Source: Wallemia ichthyophaga EXF-994 (Eukaryota > Fungi > Basidiomycota). From it: a stretch of DNA of 32,000 bases. The position numbers were made by a program, and so were the translations under genes. The notes beneath the pieces are model-generated. The model worked only from the letters and a program-made list of their open reading frames with translations, did not search any database and was not told the origin of the DNA. Shown piece after piece: positions 24,098 through 32,000 of this stretch. The stretch lies in NCBI RefSeq assembly GCF_000400465.1, contig NW_008806278.1, positions 382,592 through 414,591 on the forward strand. The letters run 5' to 3'. Positions within the stretch are counted from its first letter, which is position 1. Each line of letters starts with the position of its first letter.

Positions 24098-24585
24098 TTC
24101 AGATGTTTATGGTTTTGGTTCAAGGAGCGAGTCGCGAAGATTCGTTTGATAGGTGCAATATTCAACATAGCCGCGTTCATCCAATAAAGCACAGCCATAA
24201 ATTGAATTAAAAATTAAATTATTTAATAGCATTTTAATCGATTTTAAAATCTTTTATATTGCCAACTCAGCATTCCATTCCTCGTTCTGCACGCACGCGA
24301 ATATGTCAAAGCGTTGACAAGGTACGCGTCAATTTTCATGCTGTGGTGGAGGTGGGGAGTGATATGTGGCTGTGTCGTTGGGAGTGTTGCTGACGCGCTT
24401 GTTTGTGTGTCTGTGCCTGTGTTGTGTCTCTCCGTCTCTGACGCGTACCTCATACCTTATTCGGATTCTTTCGTAAATCTTGAGACATCTGATATTAATA
24501 GTCGACGCACTGTTCTTTATGTAATTGATATTCATAAACTATTGTACACTCCTTTACTTGTAATATTTTTTGTATTCCCTCAAGT

Positions 24586-25774
24586 CTACTCAAACTCCCC
24601 TGCTGCTTTAACCATCTCCGGCTCCTCACCTGACCTCTTAAGCGCGTAGATCGAACCATCTGCGTTCCTTATAGTTACCGTGCCATCTACATTTCCAAAG
24701 TACGCGGCATCTGTCATGTCACAGAACAGTCCTACTTCCATTATACCTGTAAGCATCTTGATCTTAGACAGCAGCAACTCAGGATCACTGAATCTGTGTT
24801 CATCAAACTGTGCATCGATAACGAAACATCCATTGTCTGTGACCACTGGACCTGCTTTCGCCTTACCCATACGCAGCTTTGCCGATTCGCAGCCCTCAAT
24901 CCGCTCGAGATTGACCATCACTTTAGCATATGCGAATGGTGCGACTTCCACTGGTATTCCCTGTGTCCAAGAGCTGCCCAAGATGGCCGAGTTTTTGCGA
25001 TAGTCAGCAACGATAATGAATCTCCTTGAAGCTTCTGCTAAAACTTTCTCTCTGAGATGGCAAGCACCGCCGCCCTTGATAGCGTTCAGCTTGAGGTCGA
25101 CTTCATCCGCGCCATCGATATCAACGTCGATGACCGGGTACTGGTCAACGTCACCCAACGCAAGACCATTGCTGACGATGAGCTCTTTGGCTTGGAAAGA
25201 CGTAGGAATAAACTTTCTCTTGCTATTGACATGCTCGCCCTGCTGGAGGATACGCTCAACGACGAAAGGCACAGTGCTCCCGCTGCCTATAGCGATAACA
25301 GAGTGTTCTGGTTTGATGTAGTGGTCTACAGCTGTGACGTGGAGTGAGCAAAGCGTGACAATCACGTGACACTGCACACTACGCCGCACTCACCTGCCCA
25401 CGCAGCGAGCTGCTTCGACTTTTCAATCATGGCCGCCTCATCAGCAGCCGGCTCAACATCGTACTGCCTTCTATCGCCGATCATCTTGCTCCTGACTGGC
25501 TCCAGGGGGAGGGCTACGTCATGGGCAGCGCTGGGAGCGAGACCACCGCCGGAAATTAAAGACAGCTTCCTCGAACGCCTTCCCCCGGATTGCGAGGCGC
25601 GTCTGGAGCGTGGCCCAACACTTGGGTCGTCGTCCTCGACTCGCAGCTCGTCGGTCTTGTTGGCCGCGTCGTCGACCGATTCGAACGGGTGTGGGAGATC
25701 TCTTAGCTTGGAGAATGACTGCGAGAGCGTGAGTGTTTGTGTGTTTGAATATTTTCCTGTTGATCTCTCACCAT
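24586..25774 (-). CDS. RKI1: Ribose-5-phosphate isomerase A with about 97-aa N-terminal extension
   Basis: IEKSKQLAAWA|AVD, IGSGSTV, PTSFQA, DGADEVD, IKGGGACHLREK, PVVTDNG. Introns 25771-25719 (after a lone ATG) and 25393-25332. Enzyme identity is firm; the upstream start is inferred. Confidence 0.9.
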
Positions 25775-25816
25775 CTTGTGCGTTTTGGCTGTTGGACGCC
25801 TACGATCAAGAGAGAG

Positions 25817-26649
25817 ATGCACGTCGCAGCGGATGAAAAGTCGATTAATTTTATAAGCGCTTTGTATAGGCGTGTACAGGCTAAGGATATTACCATCCCG
25901 GCCAACGCTAAACCGAGACTGAGTGATGCCGATAAGAAGCCGCATTTGGTGGATATTCCATTGGCAGATGTGCCGAGTGGGAGTGGGAGTGGCTCCAGCT
26001 CTAATACCCCTGCCACACTCAATCTCACCGTCAAGAACGTCAAAGCGTCTCAATCGGCTGAGATTTCCGTGCAGTCGTCGTCGACGATCGCTGATTTGAA
26101 ATACAAGGTCGTTGAGGCTGCTTTGGCTCCTTCCGTGGGCGCTCAGCGACTTCTCCTCAAGGGGAAGGCATTGATGGATGACAAGTTGGTCAAGGACTAC
26201 GACGCTCTGTCTTCAGGCGGTGTGTTGACTCTTATGCTGCGCGGAGGTGCACCTTCCACACCATCTTCAATTGCACCTTCAAATGCCCCTTCAAATGCTT
26301 CTTCAAATACCCCTCCACCTCAAAAAATCCCTCATGTCGCCCTCACCTCAGCAGACAGCGACAGTGCACGCACAGCACCTGATCCAGCAGTCGACATGCA
26401 CTCCACCACCAAATCAGACTACGAAGCCACTCTCGCCGATTCAAGATTGTGGAAAAAGCTCGCTGCGTTCCTGAATGCAGAGTTTAAGAGTGACGAGTAT
26501 GGAAAAAGAGCACTCGAGACTTTCTTTTTGGTGGGTGGCTGGGATTTGCCTTAAAATAATGCTGATACCACCTCCAGTCGATAAAATCAACCCTCTCACC
26601 GTCAGAAATAGCTCGTATACGTGAAGAAGCTGGATTTGAGGCCATGTGA
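25817..26649 (+). CDS. Ubiquitin-like domain protein, Get5/Mdy2-like
   Basis: UBL: LNLTVKNVK..SSTIADLK..QRLLLKGKALMDDKLVKDY..LTLM. C-terminal LWKKLAAFLNAEF..FFL|SIKSTLSPSEIARIREEAG. Intron 26531-26577. Confidence 0.7.
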
Positions 26650-26702
26650 ATGGTTACGGTGATGTATATGACTATATATCAATTATATATGGCTACAAAA
26701 AC

Positions 26703-27438
26703 TTACTTAACACTCCACTTAAACCCCTCAGACGTGACAATAGCATCCATTTGCTCATCGTGCGTGTCGGTAGGTAGGGTGATATCGTGCAAAATCTGCT
26801 CGACGAGTGCGAGACCGAGGATAGTTGGAGGATGAAGAGCGAAACCGTCAGCATGCCTCGTTGCAGCCTTGATATAGCCATCGTAGAAGCCCATGCCATG
26901 GCCCAGTCTGTTGAAAGAGCCATCGAATGCGACAGCGGGTGTGAGGATGAGGTCTAGTCCTGGTGAAGTCGGTGAGAGTGCATCGTGGAGCGTGTGTGCT
27001 TGTGCCAAATCAGGTTCAGGGATGCCCCACTTGTTCCTGTTTAGCGTCTCGAGGTGGTCGATGGAGGGTATGTTGAGCATGGACATGGTCTTGTGTGCGT
27101 TGGTGGGAGAGTGGGTGTTTCTCGGGGGTTGCCCCTGTGTCCGTGTTATTGGCACAAACAACTGCTTGCCATCGCTTATAATCTGCCTGGCTAATTCATC
27201 AGTCCTCAACTCACCCAGAGGCATACTCAGGTAGAGGCTGATACGAGTGGAATGCTTGTATATATCCGATCTGCATATGTGCTGTTTTACGGCGTGGGCT
27301 GTGTGTAGCGTGAGTAGTGTGTGTAACCCGCCAAACAAACTCACACTGATCCTGAATCGCCGCGTCTGATAATCCATTCAACCTCCTCAATACACCCCTA
27401 CGCAAGTCCTTCTTCGCTGTCTTCATTGCCGTATTCAT
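26703..27438 (-). CDS. FAU1: 5-formyltetrahydrofolate cyclo-ligase
   Basis: AKKDLRR, ISLYLSMP.GE, NKWGIPEP, LDLILTPAVAFD..NRLGHGMGFYD, HDEQMDAIVT. Intron 27344-27299. Confidence 0.95.
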
Positions 27439-27457
27439 TGCCGCGTTCTCCGACTTG

Positions 27458-29940
27458 ATGACCAACGACGATGACCGAGCCGACAAAAGATTCCGAGACG
27501 CAATCCAGCTGGAAAGAGATGGGAAATATACGGAAGCATTCAGCGAGTATGTAAACACAGCCCAGCTGTACCTTGAGCTACGTCGTCGTTGTCCTTCCCC
27601 AGCCATTGTTTCCACCGAATCCACCAAGCCGATCGATACCATCACCACGAAATACCGCCTTGTGCTTGAACGCGCGGAGCGTACGAAAGAATTATGCAAG
27701 AGCGCTAATCCCGTCAACCAGCCCCACTCGGCCGTGATCAACGGGCGTGTCTATCCGCAGTGGCGGGGGAGTAACGGAGCTAATCACAATCCCGCTCCCC
27801 TCCCTCTACCCGCCCTCTCCACAGCCCAACTCCGACGTGGCGCGACATACCAGCGAATAGCACACACTGACGCGGCAATCTACACAATCTACACGCCAGA
27901 CACACCCACACACACCACACACATCACACAGCACGATATCAGCGACTGCTCCGTCGTCGCCTCCCTCTCTGCGTGCCACTCCCACAATGGCCGCTTCGGC
28001 GGTTGTTTGGGTGTGAGTGCGCTGCACCCGCACAACGAGCACGGTCTGCCGCGCGTGAGCGACGAGGGAGTGTACGAGATACGTTTCTATCTCAATGGCG
28101 CGTGGCGGTGTGTCGCCGTCGATGACCGCCTCCCCCAAACCCCCCAAGGCGATTTAGTTGCTGTGGAGGTGGTAGCAGACGCTGCAGCACAAGGTATAGC
28201 ACACCCAGTAGCAGCGGTTAGGACACAGATATGGCCGGCACTACTCGAAAAAGCCATCATGAGTCTGTGGGGAACGTATGAATTTAGCGGGAGTGATTCA
28301 TCAACTGATCTGCAGATGATTACGGGTTGGATACCTGAGCAAATCAAGTTTAATAGTTCTCTGTTCAAGCAGGAGAAGACGTGGAGGCGCGTGCTCGATG
28401 GCAGCAATAGCGGTATCTGTCTCTTAACTCTAGGCAGCAAGAGCAGGAGCGCTGATATGGCGCAGAGCCTCCTCGATCAAGGTTTCGTAGAGAATCACGC
28501 TTATGCTGTTAGTAGAGTAGCAGAAGAGGGCGACAGGAGGGTGGTGATTGTTGATGGACAGTGGCAGACGCGGGATCGCGATTATGATTATGCTCACACT
28601 CACAATCACATTCGGAATCAAACTCAATCGCTCTCCCTCGACTGGGAATACCTCACCGAGCACTTCGACACCCTCTATCTGTCATGGGATCCGGACATCT
28701 TCGCCCACTCTGCCACAACGTCTTTCACTATTGCAACTGAGACTGAGACTGAGACTGAGACTGAGGCAGGTAAGCGGAGCAACCCACTCGAAAAGTACCC
28801 TCGTTTCACTGTTCAGGGTGGAGTGGGGGAGGTGTGGGTGTTGTTGACGCGTCACATTGGCAGGAGCGAAAGTAGCCAACTTGGCGACAACGGTGATCGC
28901 AGCGACAAAACCGTCTACTCCGCCCTCCACACCTCGCGACACAGTACGAGTGCGCAGAATATGTACACCACCGACAGACCCAGCGACATTGTCCAAGACG
29001 CCAGCCACACCAACAGCATCAACACACTCTCGAAACAAATCGTCAAGCGCGGTATGGACATTGGGGTGGTAGTGTCGCAGTTAGTGGATGACGATTGCAA
29101 CTACAAATACAACTACACACTCACAGCTTACGCTTCGTCTCCGCTACGTATTGCGAATGTGTCCGATTTGCGCGCCTACGGCTATTCGCGGAGGGTAAGT
29201 GATGATTGTAGAGCGCTTTAGCGCGATGAAAAGCCAGCCAGTCAGGTAAATCAGCTAACCACTTATAGGTTTCTGGCGCTTGGACAGTCCGCACGGCCGG
29301 TGGGCACAGCTCGACGCTTTCTTTCGGCGTTAACCCGATGTATGTTATGCGCATTGGTAAGTGTGCTGGCGGTGATGGATGTACACTTCGCCTTGTCCTC
29401 GAAAGCGATAGGGATATAGCGGTGAATGTGAAGATAGTGTGGGGGACAGAGCGGGTGTTTGAGTTGAGGGGGATTCACATAGCGGGGGATTCCGGAGTTT
29501 ATACGCACAAATTAGCAGTGATGGAGAGAGATCAAGTGGTGAGTGGGCGGGAGTACACGGTCGTTGTGTCGGCTTTCGAGGCTGGCCAACTCGCTTCGTT
29601 CACCCTCTTCGCTGACTGCTCAGCTCCCATATCACTTTCACCCCTCGCGCAGGAAGGTTCGGGATTGTTTGCCGCACCGGATACGTGTGGGGTGGTGGAT
29701 AGACCATGTTCAGATTATAAACTGGATTTACCCAGGAAGAGTCGCGTTAGATTGCGCATTGAAGCAAGTTCGCAGGTGGAGATGGAAGTGGAGGGCGTTA
29801 GTCGGTGTGGGAGAATCTTTGATAGCCTCCTCGATTCAGGCATACACGTCGTCACTATCACAGGCGTAGGAGGGAAGGAGCAACCATATAAAGTGAAAAT
29901 GTGGACAGAAATGGATAGTATTTCATTAAAAAAGTTGTAA
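27458..29940 (+). CDS. palB: PalB/Rim13-like calpain (MIT + peptidase C2 + calpain III domains)
   Basis: MIT-like AIQLERDGKYTEA..Y, QHDISDCSVVASL, LNGAWRCVAVDDRLP, IWPALLEKA, YEFSGSDSSTDL..TGWIPE, NHAYAV, LYLSWDP, GAWT..TAGG..NPMY. Intron 29195-29268. Confidence 0.85.
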
Positions 29941-30041
29941 TTACTAGTAAATGATAATTTTTCGCCATTGATTTGGTAGTAGTAGGGGTTTATAAACCAT
30001 CTTCTTCAAAACACAGCCATCATCACCAAATAAACAGAGGC

Positions 30042-32000
30042 ATGGACATCGCCCATCCAATCAGCTCAAAGCCCAAGAGCGTCTCCTTTGGGTTTTTAAC
30101 GACGGACGAGATAAAGAAGATTTCCGTGAAGCAGATTGTCAACCCGAATCTGTTGGATAACACGGGAAGACCGACAGCTGGGGGATTGTACGATCCAGCG
30201 CTGGGACCGTCAGATAGAGGGGATATGTGGGTACTTGTACAGTGCCAGTGATTCCCCCTCTCACGCCTTCCACAGCTGCGCCACTTGCGGATTAAGCTCA
30301 TTCAATTGCCCAGGACACTTTGGACACATAGAACTACCCACTGTCAACTACCACCCACTATTCTTCAACCACTGCTTTAATATTCTCCGTGGCGTGTGTT
30401 TGTACTGCCACAAATTCAAACTTGATCCTGCGGTGGTGCGTGGATTTGGAGTGGTATAACAGCAGCTAACAACAATTCCCAGGTCGCCAGATACGTCGCT
30501 AAACTCGCTCTCCTCGACTATGGCTTGCTCGATGAGGCTGAGCAAGTCGACCTCATTAAGCGTGGCGTTACTGACGCTGACGACGAAGAATCTGCTACCA
30601 AGCTATCCAAGAAAGCCCTCAAAGCCCTCGAAAAGGATCGCGAGCTTGACGCGTACAAGGATAGAGTCAATAGCTGGGTTAGGTTCAACATTCACAAGGC
30701 TCACCAATCTGGTAAGACAAGGGATGAATACAAGTCTGGCTTGGTCTACCAGACTAGGAAGAGACTTTTCCACCAACTATTCAAGCAGATGTACAGAAAG
30801 AAGTGCGACAATTGTTCCGCTTACGCTCACGCTTTTAGAAAGGAAGGCACCATTAAAATTATTGAGTATTCACTTACTCCGAAACAAGAAGCTCATCACA
30901 GCGCTCTCAACTTAAGCAGACCTGATGTTCTCAAAGAACAAGCTGCTGTTGATAAGAACGCAAGAGATGCTCTTAACGAACAATCCACTGCACACACTCA
31001 AAACGCTAGTAGCAGCGATGGCAGTGATGACGACAGCAGTGAGAGTGAAGGTGAGGGTGACGACACTCACTCCAATCCTCCACACTCTAATCAAGACCAA
31101 AACAACAATCTTGACGCTGACGCTGACGAGGAGGATGATATAGCCGCTCTCAAAGCAAATAACAAAGCAAACGCAGCTGCTCTTAAAAGAAGTGAAAGAG
31201 TCATGCCAGCTTCAGAGGTTCAAAGTCATTTGCACCGTCTCTTCCAGAACGAAAAACCTCTCGTTTCAATCATTTTCTCACGTCATGGTCCTTTCCCTAC
31301 TAGCGAAGCTATGGCCGATATCTTTTTCATGTCTGCCATCCCTGTTCCACCAACTCGTTTCAGACCTGCTGCACGTATGGGCGATGCTCTGATGGAACAC
31401 CCTCAAAATGAGCTTCTCGGTGCTGTCCTTCAAACTTCTTTGAGAATTCGCGACTACAATAATGAAATGTCGGCACTTAACGACAAAGAGTATGCTCAGA
31501 CTATGGCCAACAACAGTAGCCTCGGTGCCGATGGTGTTAAAATTATCAGAGATAGAACCTACCAGAGACTCCTTGAAGAACTCATCACCCTCCAACACGG
31601 CGTAAACTCATTTATAGACTCGTCAAAGAATCCCGCACGTCTTCCGCAAGGTCGCGAACCAACACCTGGTGTCAAGCAAGTACTCGAGAAGAAAGAAGGT
31701 CTTTTCAGAAAGCACATGATGGGTAAACGTGTTAACCACGCCGCTAGATCGGTCATCTCTCCAGATGTCAACATTGAGACGAGTGAAATCGGTGTTCCAC
31801 CTGTATTCGCAAAAACTCTCACCTACCCTGAGCCAGTAACCGCATTTAATGTGTCTTACCTTCGCAAACTCGTGATTAATGGTCCAAAGAACTATCCAGG
31901 AGCCAGCATGATTCAGTACGAAGACGGCAGAATGGAGAGTCTCGAGAAGAAGTCTCAAGAGCAGAGGACAGCAATCGCAAACCAACTTCTCACCCCATCC
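30042..32000 (+). CDS. RPA190: RNA polymerase I largest subunit (5' part; continues beyond window)
   Basis: MDIAHPI, GGLYDPALGP, CATC..CPGHFGHIELP, KKEGLFRKHMMGKRVNHAARSVISPD, EIGVPPVFAKTLTYPEPV. Introns 30227-30275 and 30436-30482. Confidence 0.97.

Overview
Gene-dense fungal genomic DNA with very short (41-100 nt) GT-AG introns and tiny intergenic gaps. Protein similarity and compactness suggest a basidiomycete, most consistent with Wallemia (inference, not verified). After hand-splicing I find about 19 intact genes: a divergent HSF-domain factor (runs off the left end), an 8-exon secreted M35 metalloprotease invisible in the ORF track, DPH5, a mitochondrial LEA-like protein, PCC1, USO1, a DUF1772 protein, ECM31/panB, an Mtr-type amino-acid transporter, an MtfA-like C2H2 factor, a GH18 chitinase, a PITH protein, an OYE-family flavin oxidoreductase, GFA1, RKI1, a Get5-like UBL protein, FAU1, a PalB-like calpain and the 5' part of RPA190. 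There is also a frameshifted second transporter copy and two decayed gene relics. No rRNA, tRNA, CRISPR or autonomous mobile element was recognised. I found no single clear-cut new pathway. The best leads are: strong C-rich/G-rich oscillation at roughly nucleosome scale inside ORFs; abrupt GC shifts within one gene; divergent ATGs only 19-42 bp apart; a GFA1 start codon created by splicing; a calpain lacking its catalytic Asn; a Ser/Arg-rich N-terminal extension on RKI1; and tandem transporter paralogs with largely non-matching intron positions. All coordinates and counts are by hand and may be off by a few bases.
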